A stretch of DNA of 64,000 bases from an uncultured delta proteobacterium (GTDB lineage Bacteria; Desulfobacterota; Desulfobaccia; Desulfobaccales; 0-14-0-80-60-11), in NCBI GenBank assembly GCA_963812015.1, contig CAWETI010000002.1, forward strand, positions 1,120,001-1,184,000, written 5' to 3'. Below the pieces are notes generated by a model, which was given only the letters and a program-made list of their open reading frames with translations, was not told the origin of the DNA and searched no databases. Both the position numbers and the translations under genes were made by a program. Below, one piece after another: positions 1-10,089 of the stretch; the first letter of the stretch is position 1; each line of letters opens with the position of its first letter.

Positions 1-547
1 CCTGAGATTGAGATGGTCACATGTCGACCGGGAGAAGTGGGTTATTAGACTACCGGCGGAAATCCCAAAGGGAAAAAAGGCCAAGGTGATTCCTATAAAT
101 CACCACGTCAAAAATATCCTGGCCAGCCGGCCCCGAGCTATCCACCATGACGCTGTGTTGACATACCAAAACGAGCCTATAGGAACCCTGGGGGGAGTCA
201 AGAAATCGTTCATCACGGCTTGTGAAAAGGCAGGAATCCTCCAGGGCCAGGACGAACCGGAGGGGATCATATTTCACGACATCTGGCGCACCGTCAAAAC
301 CAATATGCTAAACGCCGGGGTTGATAAGGTACACCGGGACCTGGTTTTAGGCCACAGCCTTCAAGGAATGGACATCCACTATACGGCCCCCTCAGACGAT
401 GATCTCCACCGCGCCATGGCAAGATTTACCGAGTGGCTTAATGGTCAACTGCTTTCGGCAAGTGTTGACCAACCCATAAAAAAAGGCGATTATATACTTG
501 ACAAACCTTCCCCGATGATTTATAGTATATGTAAATCAATTAGGTAA
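1..547 (+). pseudogene. Tyrosine recombinase (island/phage integrase), C-terminal part; 5' end outside the window, 3' end interrupted by IS1595
   Basis: LRWSHVD, FHDIWRT and LVLGH...HY integrase motifs. Removing the IS restores the ending ...DQPIKKGQPT* (TAA 3250-3252), 19 bp from the tRNA-Phe 3' end. The HxxR arginine reads as Trp. Confidence 0.85.
498..526 (+). promoter_or_regulatory. sigma70-like promoter for the IS1595 transposase
   Basis: TTGACA (498-503, inside the left TIR), 17-bp spacer, TATAGT (521-526); ATG at 561. Confidence 0.65.
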
Positions 548-560
548 GGGAATCAAGCCA

Positions 561-1475
561 ATGTCCGAAGCCATTTTAGCTAATGAAATCTTCCACAATG
601 AAGAAAAGGCCGTGGAGTATCTTGAGAGCGTACGCTGGCCCAGCGGCCCTGTTTGCCCCCATTGCGGAAACACTGACAAAATCTATCGGATAAAACAGAA
701 TAGCGAAAAGAAGATTCGGCATGGCTTGCGGAAATGCGGTCTTTGCAAAAAACAGTTTACCGTCAAAGTCGGCACCCTGTTTGAGAGTAGCCATATTCCC
801 CTGCACAAATGGCTACAGGCGACCCACCTGCTCTGTTCCTCTAAGAAGGGCATAAGTAGCCATCAACTGCACCGCATGATGGGTATCACTTATAAGAGTG
901 CTTGGTTTATGACTCACCGTATCCGTGAGGCATTTAAAGATTCTGAGTTTGCCGCTAAATTGGGCGGTAAGGGCAAGATCGTTGAAGTGGATGAAACCTA
1001 TTGGGGAAACATGAACAAAAAACGTCCTGGGGCGCGTGGATATGCTCATAAGGAGAAAATATTCTCCTTGGTTGAGCGAGAAGGTGAGGTCCGCTCCTTC
1101 CATGTTCCGCAAGTCACCGGCAAAACCTTAAAGCCGATCATTCGGGAACAGATCGAAAGAGATACTCACATTATAACCGATGAAATGGGGGCCTATAAGG
1201 ACCTTGACAAAGAGTTTGACAACCATAGCACGGTATGTCATTCTCAAAATGAATATGTCCGTGGACCCATTTACACGAACACAATTGAGAATTATTTCAG
1301 CATCTTAAAGCGTGGCCTAACAGGTGTTTATCAGCATGTTGGTCCCCAACATCTAAAACGATACATAGGAGAATTTGATTTCAGATACAATTTTAGAAAG
1401 ATTACTGACGCAGAGCGCCGGGATATTGCCTTGCAGGGAATTGAGGGAAAACGGTTAATGTATCGGGACTCGTAA
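561..1475 (+). CDS. IS1595-family (ISXO2-like DDE) transposase
   Basis: Zn ribbon CPHC...CGLC, TVKVGTLFE, EVDETY, ITDE, TNTIENYFS, HLKRYIGEFDFRYN. Confidence 0.95.
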   Translation: MSEAILANEIFHNEEKAVEYLESVRWPSGPVCPHCGNTDKIYRIKQNSEKKIRHGLRKCGLCKKQFTVKVGTLFESSHIPLHKWLQATHLLCSSKKGISSHQLHRMMGITYKSAWFMTHRIREAFKDSEFAAKLGGKGKIVEVDETYWGNMNKKRPGARGYAHKEKIFSLVEREGEVRSFHVPQVTGKTLKPIIREQIERDTHIITDEMGAYKDLDKEFDNHSTVCHSQNEYVRGPIYTNTIENYFSILKRGLTGVYQHVGPQHLKRYIGEFDFRYNFRKITDAERRDIALQGIEGKRLMYRDS

Positions 1476-1507
1476 AGGCCGCTCAGCTCAAAGATGGAGG
1501 GCTGGTA

Positions 1508-2317
1508 ATGGCGGGTATGAAAATAACAATAGAAATGAAAGGAATGCTTGCCGATGAAGGAGAGGTAAGAGTTGAGGATTTTGTCGCTCAAATAGACGCC
1601 TTCTTTGAAGCTTTAAAACAAACAGATCGGATTGTATCCAAAAAGGATAAACCAACTGTATTCTACAGGATTGTTGATTTAAGTCATCATAGTCCGAGTA
1701 CGGTTACATTAGCCGCATTTCCGATAGATTTTGCAGAAGATTATAGTGATGAAACAGTTAGAAAGTTTTTGGCGACATTAAAGGATATTGATAAGAAAGG
1801 GGAAGCTCCCCCTGAGTTTGACTATGAAGCACTAGAGGCATATAAAGGCATATCCAAAAAAATTGATAAAGGTTTGACCCAATTAACAGTTAGTAGTAAT
1901 GGGTATCGCTGTAACATAACACAAGATTATTCTAGTCTCATTCAAATAATTCAAGGCCCTGATGAAGTAGCAAGGGGGTCCATGTCTGGAAGAATTGAGG
2001 CCATTAATTTCCATACCCCTCCATACAGATTTACCCTTTATCCTATTGTCGGTCCTCAGCGGGTTCGGTGTAATTTCCCAACCAAAAAGAAAAATGACGC
2101 AATCTCTGCCATTGACAAATATGTAACTGTATTTGGAATCATAAAATATAGACATAAGGCTATTTATCCATACGAAATTGATATTGATAATATCGAAATA
2201 AATCCCCCTATAGATACAATCCCGAAGTTAGCCGATTTAAAAGGTATTGCTCCAGATTTGACAGGGGGCTTAAGTTCTGAGGAATATATTAGGAAAATGA
2301 GAGAGTTGGATGGATAA
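1508..2317 (+). CDS. Hypothetical passenger protein, possible antitoxin/partner of the PIN protein
   Basis: 269 aa with a GGAGG RBS. The stop overlaps the PIN gene start. The C-terminal tail DLKGIAPDLTGGLSSEEYIRKMRE is antitoxin-like. Confidence 0.7.
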   Translation: MAGMKITIEMKGMLADEGEVRVEDFVAQIDAFFEALKQTDRIVSKKDKPTVFYRIVDLSHHSPSTVTLAAFPIDFAEDYSDETVRKFLATLKDIDKKGEAPPEFDYEALEAYKGISKKIDKGLTQLTVSSNGYRCNITQDYSSLIQIIQGPDEVARGSMSGRIEAINFHTPPYRFTLYPIVGPQRVRCNFPTKKKNDAISAIDKYVTVFGIIKYRHKAIYPYEIDIDNIEINPPIDTIPKLADLKGIAPDLTGGLSSEEYIRKMRELDG

Positions 2318-2798
2318 ACCCAGGAGAATATATTGGGATTCCTGTATATTTATCTCTCATATAACCAATGAGAATCGTAAGAATCCGGCAGAAACTTCTG
2401 GAATAAATGATGTAGTCCAAGATGTTGACTCGAATAAGACAATTTTGGTGACATCAGTTGTTTCAAGGGTTGAAATTCTTCGGGATTTTGGGAAAGAGCG
2501 AGATAAATATATCAAGGCTTTAAAAAACATCAATATTCAAGAAATAGAAGTTAATAAAACAATTGCCCAAATGGCTGGAGATATTCGTCATCAATTCCAA
2601 GAAGCAGGGATATATAAATTAAATACACCAGATGCAATCCATTTGGCCACGGCTTTATATGCGGAAGTCGATGAATTTCATACCTTTGATGGTGAAGGCA
2701 AACAACCAGGATTAGTAGATTTATCCGGTCATGAAATAATAAAAGGCTTAATAATTACAAAACCACGATCAAAGCAACCATCTCTTTTTCAGCCATGA
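2310..2798 (+). CDS. PIN-domain (VapC-like) nuclease
   Basis: IYWDSCIFI, SRVEIL, PDAIHLATA and FHTFD give the PIN acidic tetrad pattern. Confidence 0.88.
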   Translation: MDKPRRIYWDSCIFISHITNENRKNPAETSGINDVVQDVDSNKTILVTSVVSRVEILRDFGKERDKYIKALKNINIQEIEVNKTIAQMAGDIRHQFQEAGIYKLNTPDAIHLATALYAEVDEFHTFDGEGKQPGLVDLSGHEIIKGLIITKPRSKQPSLFQP

Positions 2799-2956
2799 AA
2801 AAAGACCAAGAAATAAAAACTAAATCACCCCAGAATGATTTGAGTGACATTCCTTTTGAAGATGTAGTAAAACGCCTTCTTGAAACCCCTCCTAAGAAAC
2901 AATCAGAAATCAAAGCAAAAAAAGTAGAGAAGAAGAAGAACAATGAAAATAGATAA
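2795..2956 (+). CDS. Small basic protein (53 aa), not in the ORF track
   Basis: ATGA overlap with the PIN stop. Translates as MKKDQEIKTKSPQNDLSDIPFEDVVKRLLETPPKKQSEIKAKKVEKKKNNENR. Confidence 0.5.
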   Translation: MKKDQEIKTKSPQNDLSDIPFEDVVKRLLETPPKKQSEIKAKKVEKKKNNENR

Positions 2957-3143
2957 TTATTTTAAGCCTGCCATCCTTATTCTCGCGGTTATTTTCCTAT
3001 TCATTTTTGGTCTATACGTCTTCAAGGGGAGATATAAACCTATCCTCAATGACTACGCGGTCCTTGATACCTTTACAGGGAATGCCTATACGCTCTCTGG
3101 AGAGAGATTAGAATCAAAGGAACCGCCATCATCGAGGAAATAG
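2943..3143 (+). CDS. Small single-pass membrane protein (IS passenger)
   Basis: 66 aa with an N-terminal hydrophobic helix; overlaps the preceding small ORF and lies inside the TIRs. Confidence 0.55.
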   Translation: MKIDNYFKPAILILAVIFLFIFGLYVFKGRYKPILNDYAVLDTFTGNAYTLSGERLESKEPPSSRK

Positions 3144-3271
3144 AACATTTCCGATGTACCTCCTTCTCCTATGGACCCGCCGATGAAAAGGTCAAATGTA
3201 AAATAAGGTTCGTCAAGTATATAATCGCCTAAAAAAAGGGCAGCCCACTTAAGCTAACCCATCGATATTAT

Positions 3272-3347
<76 letters not shown>

Positions 3348-3647
3348 TCCCAGGTGTTTTGTTTATCCTGACCTCCCCGTTTTGTCAATACCAAATCGGC
3401 CTTGCCAAATCCGATAAATCCATGGACAATGGCCTCAGGGGGAAAGCCTCATGATTTTGCTGCCTGGGGATGACGGTTGGGACCGTTTTTCGACTGCCGC
3501 GGCCTGAGACCATGGGGATAAAATTATCGTTATCTTAGCCCATTTCACCCAGGGGCCGGGGTTGCCCCGCCGCTCCGGCCACCCGCCTGGGGGCGACAAC
3601 GAGCCGCCGGCCACCTGCATCCGACCCAGGCCATAAGGAAAGCTCCT

Positions 3648-5291
3648 TTGCCGGACCCCTACGTCCTCATCGTCGGTTCTGAAGCCGAGACCCGCCAGGG
3701 ATTGGCCGACATCCTGGCCCGGGCCCCCTATGAGGTGGGTCAGTGCCGGTGGGACCAGTTGGCCGCCACCATCCAGGGCCGATCCCCGGACCTCCTGGTC
3801 CTCCGGGAAGAGGTCGGGGTGCTGCAGCCGTTCATTCGCCGGCTCAAGAATGATGATACCTCCTGGGATCTCCCCATCATCGTGGCCCTGACGGAGTTCT
3901 CCGACATGGCCGCCGCCTGGGCCCTGGAGGTGGGGGCGGACGAGTTCCTGCTCCCCCCCTTCGAGCCCCGGGAGGTCCTGGCCCGGGTGGCGGTGGTCCT
4001 CCGCCTCCAACATGACCGGCGTCTCCTCCTGGCCTCCCACGAGGAGTTCTCCCGGATCTTTACGGAGACCGCATATCCTCTCTTTTTCTGTGACCGGTCG
4101 GGAAACGTCTGCAATCTCAACCCCGCCTTGCGGCGTCTCCTGGGCTATCCCGGGAAACGAGGCGCCCCGGTTCCCGCGCCCCTGGAGGGGTTGCTCTACG
4201 CTTCCGAAGATCGGGAGCGCTTCCGCCGCATCCTCACCCAGCCGGGGGAAGCGCGTCATATGAAGCTCCACCTGGTGAACCGGGCGGGCCAGCCGGTGAC
4301 GGTGTTGATCAGCGATCTGGCCCTTGCCGACCGCCCCAAAGAGGTTTTGAGCTTCCAGGTGCAACCGGTGGGTTCCCCTTCCCCCCTGAAGCGGGCCCTC
4401 CAGGGACTGGTGGAACACCTGCTCCCCAGCGCCCGGGACTATCTGGCCCTGCTGCAGATGACGCCCCTCTTGGGGGGGCGCTACGAGAAAATCAAGAAGC
4501 TGGGACAGGGGAATTTCGGCGAGGTCTGGCTGGTCGTAGACACGGAGGCCATGGACCCGGAGCGGCGCTACGTGGCCAAAATCCCCTTTCTCAAGGCCGC
4601 CAACGCTAAGTTTCGCAAAGAGGCGGCCATCTGCCAGAAGCTCGATTCCCACCCCGGGGTGGCCCGGATGATTGAAACTTTGGAAGACGATGGTAAACTG
4701 ATTATCATTCAGGAATATGTGGAGGGCCCGACCCTGGGGGACCTGTTGGACCAGGAGCTGCCCCGGCCCCTGGTGGAGCGCATCATCCTGCAACTCATCG
4801 ACGTGGTGGCCCACGCCCATAAGAACCGCATCATGCATCGGGACATCAAACCCAACAACATCATCATCCAGCCCAACGGCAATCTGAAGCTGCTGGATTT
4901 CGGGGTGGCCAAGATGCTGGGGGAAAAGGAGATCAGCGCCACCATGGTGGGGTCTCGGCCCTTCATGGCGCCGGAGCAGATCATGGGCCAAAGCGAACGC
5001 CGCAGCGACATCTGGGCCATCGGCGTGCTCATGTATCTCCTGTACACCGGGGAGTTGCCGTTTTACAGCGAAGTGGAGAAACTGCTCATCGACCAGATCC
5101 TGGAACAGGAGCCGGCCCCTCCCCGGGAGGAGAACCCGGAGATTCCCCCGGCCCTGGAGGCCATTATCCTCAAGTGTCTCAAGAAAAAGCTGGAGGAGCG
5201 CTACCCCAGCGCCGTGGCCCTCCGGGATGACCTTTTGCGCCGGTTCCCCCACTACGGCACCCAGACCGGGAGGTGGCCGTGGATCCACTGA
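3648..5291 (+). CDS. Cytoplasmic Hanks-type Ser/Thr kinase with N-terminal pseudo-receiver and PAS domains
   Basis: Kinase motifs GQGNFG, VAK, HRDIKPNN, DFG and APE are intact. The N-terminus is REC-like (PDLLVL, GADEFL). A PAS-like segment includes NPALRRLLGY. Confidence 0.9.
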   Translation: MPDPYVLIVGSEAETRQGLADILARAPYEVGQCRWDQLAATIQGRSPDLLVLREEVGVLQPFIRRLKNDDTSWDLPIIVALTEFSDMAAAWALEVGADEFLLPPFEPREVLARVAVVLRLQHDRRLLLASHEEFSRIFTETAYPLFFCDRSGNVCNLNPALRRLLGYPGKRGAPVPAPLEGLLYASEDRERFRRILTQPGEARHMKLHLVNRAGQPVTVLISDLALADRPKEVLSFQVQPVGSPSPLKRALQGLVEHLLPSARDYLALLQMTPLLGGRYEKIKKLGQGNFGEVWLVVDTEAMDPERRYVAKIPFLKAANAKFRKEAAICQKLDSHPGVARMIETLEDDGKLIIIQEYVEGPTLGDLLDQELPRPLVERIILQLIDVVAHAHKNRIMHRDIKPNNIIIQPNGNLKLLDFGVAKMLGEKEISATMVGSRPFMAPEQIMGQSERRSDIWAIGVLMYLLYTGELPFYSEVEKLLIDQILEQEPAPPREENPEIPPALEAIILKCLKKKLEERYPSAVALRDDLLRRFPHYGTQTGRWPWIH

Positions 5292-6310
5292 CCCATCTGG
5301 CCACCGGGGTGATTTGCTCCCAACTGGTGCCGGCGCCGTCCCGGTGGTGGGCCGCCGCGGCCGGGGCCATCTTCGCGCTGCTGCCGGACGTGGATTACTT
5401 TTTCATCTTTTGGGACCGCCTGGCCTTTATCCGCTATCATCGGGGGTTCACCCACTCCCTGGTGGCCCTGCCCCTCTTTGCCCTGGCCGGGGCCCTGGCG
5501 GGCCGAGCCCTGGGCGGCCCCCGCTGGTTCAAACCCCTGCTCCTTCTGGGGCTGGCGGTCCTCTTGTCCCACCTGCTCCTGGACCTGGCCACCTCCTACG
5601 GCACCCAGGTCCTCAGCCCCTTTTCCCGGCGACGCTTTAGCCTGGATTGGATTTTTATCATCGACCCCTATTTTACCGCCCTGCTGGTGATCGGGGCTTT
5701 AGGGGCCCTGGCTTTACCCCTCTGGGACCCCCGGGTGGGGGCCGGGTGCCTGGCCGCCGCCGCGCTCTATCTCGTGGTCTGCGCCTCCTACCACCACCAG
5801 GCCCTGGCCCTGGCCCGCCAGATATTCCAGGACCCGAAACCCGGGGTGCAGACCGTGGCCGCCCTGCCCCAACCCTTCTCCTGCCGCCGCTGGCACCTCA
5901 TCGCCGCCGACCCGGCGGAAACCCGGCAGGCCTTTGTGCAGCTGCCCTTTGCGGCAGCCCTGGGGCTGGGGGCTTTAAGGGAGGACGCGGCCGTCGTCTC
6001 CCTGCACCCGGCCGGCCAGGCGCCCGCTACGCCGTACCAGACGCCCGGGGGACTGACCATCCAGACCTGGATCCCGGCCCCGGCAACCGCCACGACCTAT
6101 TCGCCGGAGGCTGAGTTCATTTTGGCCAGGTACCTGGAGTTCGCCCGGTTCCCCCTGCTCCGGCGGGCTCAATCCCAGGGGGGAGATCAGTTCCTGGAGT
6201 GGCTGGACCTGCGCTTTTCCGTCCCCGGCCGGGGCCTGCCCTTCGTCCTGCAACTACGTCTGGACCCCCAAGGCAGGCTTCAGCATTGGCTCATCGGACG
6301 CCAAGGCTGA
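5279..6310 (+). CDS. Membrane-bound metal-dependent hydrolase (YdjM-like)
   Basis: MDPLTH, LPDVD, HRGFTHSL and SHLLLD motifs. GTG at 5279 follows GGGAGG and overlaps the kinase stop. Confidence 0.88.
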   Translation: MDPLTHLATGVICSQLVPAPSRWWAAAAGAIFALLPDVDYFFIFWDRLAFIRYHRGFTHSLVALPLFALAGALAGRALGGPRWFKPLLLLGLAVLLSHLLLDLATSYGTQVLSPFSRRRFSLDWIFIIDPYFTALLVIGALGALALPLWDPRVGAGCLAAAALYLVVCASYHHQALALARQIFQDPKPGVQTVAALPQPFSCRRWHLIAADPAETRQAFVQLPFAAALGLGALREDAAVVSLHPAGQAPATPYQTPGGLTIQTWIPAPATATTYSPEAEFILARYLEFARFPLLRRAQSQGGDQFLEWLDLRFSVPGRGLPFVLQLRLDPQGRLQHWLIGRQG

Positions 6311-6350
6311 GGTAAGCCGACTAATGGTAATTTTTTCATAAGGCGCCGCC

Positions 6351-6668
6351 GTGGACAATCTTTTCGACGCCATTCCCCCTGAAATTCCGGCGGAAATCTT
6401 TCAGGTTCTGCTCGAGACGAATAATTTTCGCCTGGAGCGCATCGTCTCCGCCGGCCAGGCCACGCCCCCGGAAAAATGGTACGACCAGGATACCCATGAG
6501 TGGGTGGTGCTCTTGACCGGCGGCGCCGGCCTGCGCTTTGCGGATGAACCCGAGACCCGGGTGCTGCGCCCCGGAGACTACCTCCTCATCCCGGCCCATC
6601 GCCGCCACCGGGTGGAGTGGACTGACCCCACCCAGTCCACCGTGTGGCTGGCGTTGCATTACCGTTGA
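6351..6668 (+). CDS. Cupin-domain protein
   Basis: ERIVSAGQATP, WYDQDTHEWV, PGDYLLIPAHRRHRVEWT. Confidence 0.88.
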   Translation: MDNLFDAIPPEIPAEIFQVLLETNNFRLERIVSAGQATPPEKWYDQDTHEWVVLLTGGAGLRFADEPETRVLRPGDYLLIPAHRRHRVEWTDPTQSTVWLALHYR

Positions 6669-6868
6669 GCAGCATTCAGCTTGCAGCAGCAACGGTCAGG
6701 GTAGAGTTGGGCTTGAGGCAGGGGGTGGTGTGGGCCAGGCCCACCTTTAGATGAACTTTTCGGGAACGAGGCCGTAAGATTAAATCAGCGCTAAAATCGG
6801 CTCTTATCGTGGTTTATCTCGTGGGAGCCATCACCGGCGTTACGCTGACCCCATGCGTGGCTGAATCT

Positions 6869-7741
6869 ATGGATCGGGAAGTAATTCAGGCAAATCTGCA
6901 GAAACATCTCCACTTCCTGAGCGTCACCCTGGGGGATCGTTCCATCTATCGCCCTGAAAATCTCAAGGCCGCTGCAGATTACGTCCTGCAACGGTTCGCC
7001 GCCATGGGTTATGCGCCCCGGCGCCAGACCTTCACCTATATGGGGGAGGAGGTGGACAATATCATCGCCGGGGACGAGCCCCCCGACGGCTACTACATCC
7101 TGGGGGCCCACTACGACACCGTGGCCGGCACCCCCGGGGCCGACGACAACGCCAGCGCCGTGGCCGTGCTTCTGGAGGTGGCCCGCCTGGCCCGGCACCT
7201 CACGCCGCCTCGGCCCTGGGCCTTCATCGGCTTCACCTGTGAGGAGCCCCCGGCCTTCGCCACCCCCGGCATGGGCTCCCGGGTTTACGCCAAACAGGCC
7301 CGGAAGCAACAAGCCAAGATCCGGGGCATGCTTTGCCTGGAGATGGTGGGATATTACTCCAACGTCCCCGGCAGCCAGTCGATTCCCCTGGCCTTGCGGG
7401 TCCTGGGCTATCCCACCACCGGCAACTTCATCGGTTTGGTGAGCGACCGACGCTCCAAGCCCCTCATGGTGCGTCTGGAGACCGCCATCAAAGGCGGCTG
7501 CCGCCTGCCTGTGGTCACCCTGGCCGTGCCTCTCGGGGGCCACCTCCTGCCGGAAGTGCGTCTGAGCGACCACGCCAATTTTTGGGATGAGGGTTACCCC
7601 GCCATCATGCTCACCGACACCGCGTTCATGCGCAACCCCCACTACCACGGTCCCGGGGATGTCCTGGAAAATCTGGACCTTGCGGCCATGACCGAGTTGA
7701 CCCTGGGTCTGGTGAATTTTGTCCGGCAGGAAGGCCGGTAA
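6869..7741 (+). CDS. M28-family peptidase
   Basis: GAHYD, GADDNAS, CEEPP, LEMVGY, SDHANF and YH motifs. The start could be further upstream (6809). Confidence 0.9.
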   Translation: MDREVIQANLQKHLHFLSVTLGDRSIYRPENLKAAADYVLQRFAAMGYAPRRQTFTYMGEEVDNIIAGDEPPDGYYILGAHYDTVAGTPGADDNASAVAVLLEVARLARHLTPPRPWAFIGFTCEEPPAFATPGMGSRVYAKQARKQQAKIRGMLCLEMVGYYSNVPGSQSIPLALRVLGYPTTGNFIGLVSDRRSKPLMVRLETAIKGGCRLPVVTLAVPLGGHLLPEVRLSDHANFWDEGYPAIMLTDTAFMRNPHYHGPGDVLENLDLAAMTELTLGLVNFVRQEGR

Positions 7742-7878
7742 GCCGAAAAATGGGCAAAGCCCCTGCGCCCGGGGAATGGATATGATAAAATTGAAAAAAT
7801 TTGCAGGGAGGGGCGGGAAAATTTCTCGTCAGGGATTCCCCCTCCTCAGCACACTAAAGATTAAGGGGCCGAACAGGC

Positions 7879-8811
7879 ATGGCCGATAAAAAATTTTTAG
7901 GCAAGATTCATGGGGAACCGTGGGACGCCCTGGCCAAGGGACCCCGGGAGGCGCTGGCCGCCATTTGGAAGGACTACCTGGCGGAGGTCCTACAAATCTC
8001 CGCCACGAGTGAGCGTTACAAGATCCTGCGCCGGGAGATCGAGGCGGCCGCGGGATTCAAAGAGGTCTATGAGAGCTGGAACACCCTCCCCCCCGAGTCC
8101 CGGGCCATCGCCTGGCGCCGTCTGATGACTGCCAGCCGCAACCAACTCCTGGCCCGGGCCGCAAGTTGCGTCCGCTGCGGCGAATGCTGCGAGAAGGGAA
8201 GCCCTACCCTGCTCAGTCTCGACCTGGGGCTGTTCAACCGTGAAGTCCTTACCTGGAACGACGTCTATACCCTCAGGGCCGGGGAGAAGGCCACCAACCG
8301 GGAAGGAGAGGTGACCGCCCTGAAGGAGGAGCGGCTGAAGGTCCGGGAGGTCCCGGGCAGCCGGCAGTGCTGGTTTTACCTGGCGGCTAATCAGACCTGT
8401 CGGATTTATGAGGATCGGCCGGAGCAGTGCCGCACCCAGAATTGCTGGGGGGAGGCCCCGCCCCCGCCGGGGCCCGAAGCCCTCTTGCAGCGCCGCCACC
8501 TGTTCGCCGGCATCCCCGAGGTGTGGGCGTTGATCCGGGAGCATCAAGACCGCTGTGACTGCGCCGCGGTGGCTCGCCTCCTGGCCGACCTGGGGGCCGG
8601 CGACGAAGCGGCCGGCGACTCCCTGTTCGAGGCCTTGCACTTCGATCACTATCTGAGGCAGATGTTCATCGACGACTGGGAGTTGACGCCGGAGGCCACC
8701 GAATTCCTCCTGGGCCGGCCCCTGGCCGAATTCCTGGCAACCTGTGGCGTGAACGCCACCCTCAGCCCCGAGGGGGTTTTTTTCCTGTCGCCTCGCCCGG
8801 AATCCGGGTAA
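7879..8811 (+). CDS. YkgJ-family cysteine-cluster (Zn/Fe-S) protein
   Basis: CVRCGECC, CWFY, CRIYEDRPEQCR. Confidence 0.85.
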   Translation: MADKKFLGKIHGEPWDALAKGPREALAAIWKDYLAEVLQISATSERYKILRREIEAAAGFKEVYESWNTLPPESRAIAWRRLMTASRNQLLARAASCVRCGECCEKGSPTLLSLDLGLFNREVLTWNDVYTLRAGEKATNREGEVTALKEERLKVREVPGSRQCWFYLAANQTCRIYEDRPEQCRTQNCWGEAPPPPGPEALLQRRHLFAGIPEVWALIREHQDRCDCAAVARLLADLGAGDEAAGDSLFEALHFDHYLRQMFIDDWELTPEATEFLLGRPLAEFLATCGVNATLSPEGVFFLSPRPESG

Positions 8812-8907
8812 ATTGCCGCGGAAAGGCTGAGGGTTGCGGCCCGGCTGCCCCTGTCCTCAGCTTACTTTGCTTTGCACGGTCAACCCTTCTGACCAGGGAG
8901 CTTCCCC

Positions 8908-9480
8908 ATGATAGAGGACCTGATCAAGAGCAACCGCAGTTGCCGGCGTTTCATCCAGAAAGAAGAGATTTCGGTGGACACCGTGAGGGGGCTGGTGAAC
9001 CTGGCCCGCCTATCGGCCTCAGCCGCCAATCTCCAGCCCCTCAAGTATATCCTCTCCAACGCCCCCCCCAAGAACGAGATGATCTTCTCGTGCCTGGCCT
9101 GGGCCGCCTATCTGCAGGATTGGCCCGGCCCTCGGGAGGGAGAGCGGCCGTCGGCCTATATCATCGTCGTGGGCGACATGGATATCGCCAAGTCTTTTGC
9201 CATCGACCTGGGGATCGCGGCTCAGAGCATCCTCCTGGGGGCCCGGGAGCGCGGCCTGGCCGGGTGCATGCTCGGCTCCATCAACAAAGACCTGATGCGG
9301 GAGATGCTGCATATCCCGAACCGGCTGGAAATCCTCCTGGTCATTGCCCTGGGGAAACCAAAGGAGACCGTGGTCCTTGAGGAAGTTAAGCCCGGGGGCG
9401 GCATCAAGTACTGGCGGGATGAGCACGGCGTCCATCACGTGCCCAAACGGGCGCTGGATGACCTTATCCTGAGCGAGTAG
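8908..9480 (+). CDS. Nitroreductase-family protein
   Basis: RSCRRF, SASAANLQP, IDLGIAAQSILL, HVPKR. Confidence 0.9.
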   Translation: MIEDLIKSNRSCRRFIQKEEISVDTVRGLVNLARLSASAANLQPLKYILSNAPPKNEMIFSCLAWAAYLQDWPGPREGERPSAYIIVVGDMDIAKSFAIDLGIAAQSILLGARERGLAGCMLGSINKDLMREMLHIPNRLEILLVIALGKPKETVVLEEVKPGGGIKYWRDEHGVHHVPKRALDDLILSE

Positions 9481-9786
9481 GCTGGCGAGGATATAAACCG
9501 GGTTTGATCTTTTCCATCCTTTAACCGGTCACGGCTTCGACTGATACACTGCCGCAGAAGCTATGCGGTTCTTCATCCTGGAACCTTCCTGCCGCAACCC
9601 TTTCCCGGCAATTTTCTCCCATGGCAATTTCTCTCGGCCGCCCTGGCCAGCGTCTGAGGTTTTGACGGGATAAATATTAGGATTATCCTCAGCACTATTT
9701 AGGTTTTTCCTAATTGCCCGTTTTGGCCGGCGGTTTTAAACTCCATACACTGGTGTAAGGAAAGTCGCCCCGAAGGAGGAAAGCAC

Positions 9787-10089
9787 ATGGTCGCCTATGC
9801 CGGCAGTTTTCTCTTGGGAGGAGTCTCAGCATTACTGCTTATGGGCCTGCTGCTGTTCTGCATGGAACATCCCGTGAAAAAACCTAAAGATAACCAGTTT
9901 CTGAAGCAGATCGCCGACGCCTTAGAGGCCTTGCCGGAATTGCAGGAGCCACAAGAAATTTTACCGTCGGCGGGTGTTGAAACTTCAGGCGCTCTAAAGT
10001 TTTTGCCTGAGAACAGCCCTGCTAAGGATCATGGTGCGGCGGCCCGCAGGTTGGACATGGGATATAACCCTGTTCCCGAGCTTCTTTAA
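9787..10089 (+). CDS. Hypothetical small membrane-anchored protein
   Basis: AAGGAGG RBS and an N-terminal hydrophobic helix. The 3' end overlaps the convergent gene by 68 bp. Confidence 0.5.
   Translation: MVAYAGSFLLGGVSALLLMGLLLFCMEHPVKKPKDNQFLKQIADALEALPELQEPQEILPSAGVETSGALKFLPENSPAKDHGAAARRLDMGYNPVPELL

Larger units (their letters stand above)
485..3229 (+). mobile_element. IS1595-family element with passenger genes (2745 bp)
   Basis: 25-bp terminal inverted repeats GGCGATTATATACTTGAC(A/G)AACCTT at 485-509 and 3205-3229 (1 mismatch). 8-bp target duplication TAAAAAAA at 477-484 and 3230-3237. Lower GC than flanks. Confidence 0.95.

Noticed and set aside
3435..5288. 617-aa minus-strand ORF
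   Set aside because: Antisense shadow of the Ser/Thr kinase in high-GC DNA; no motifs.
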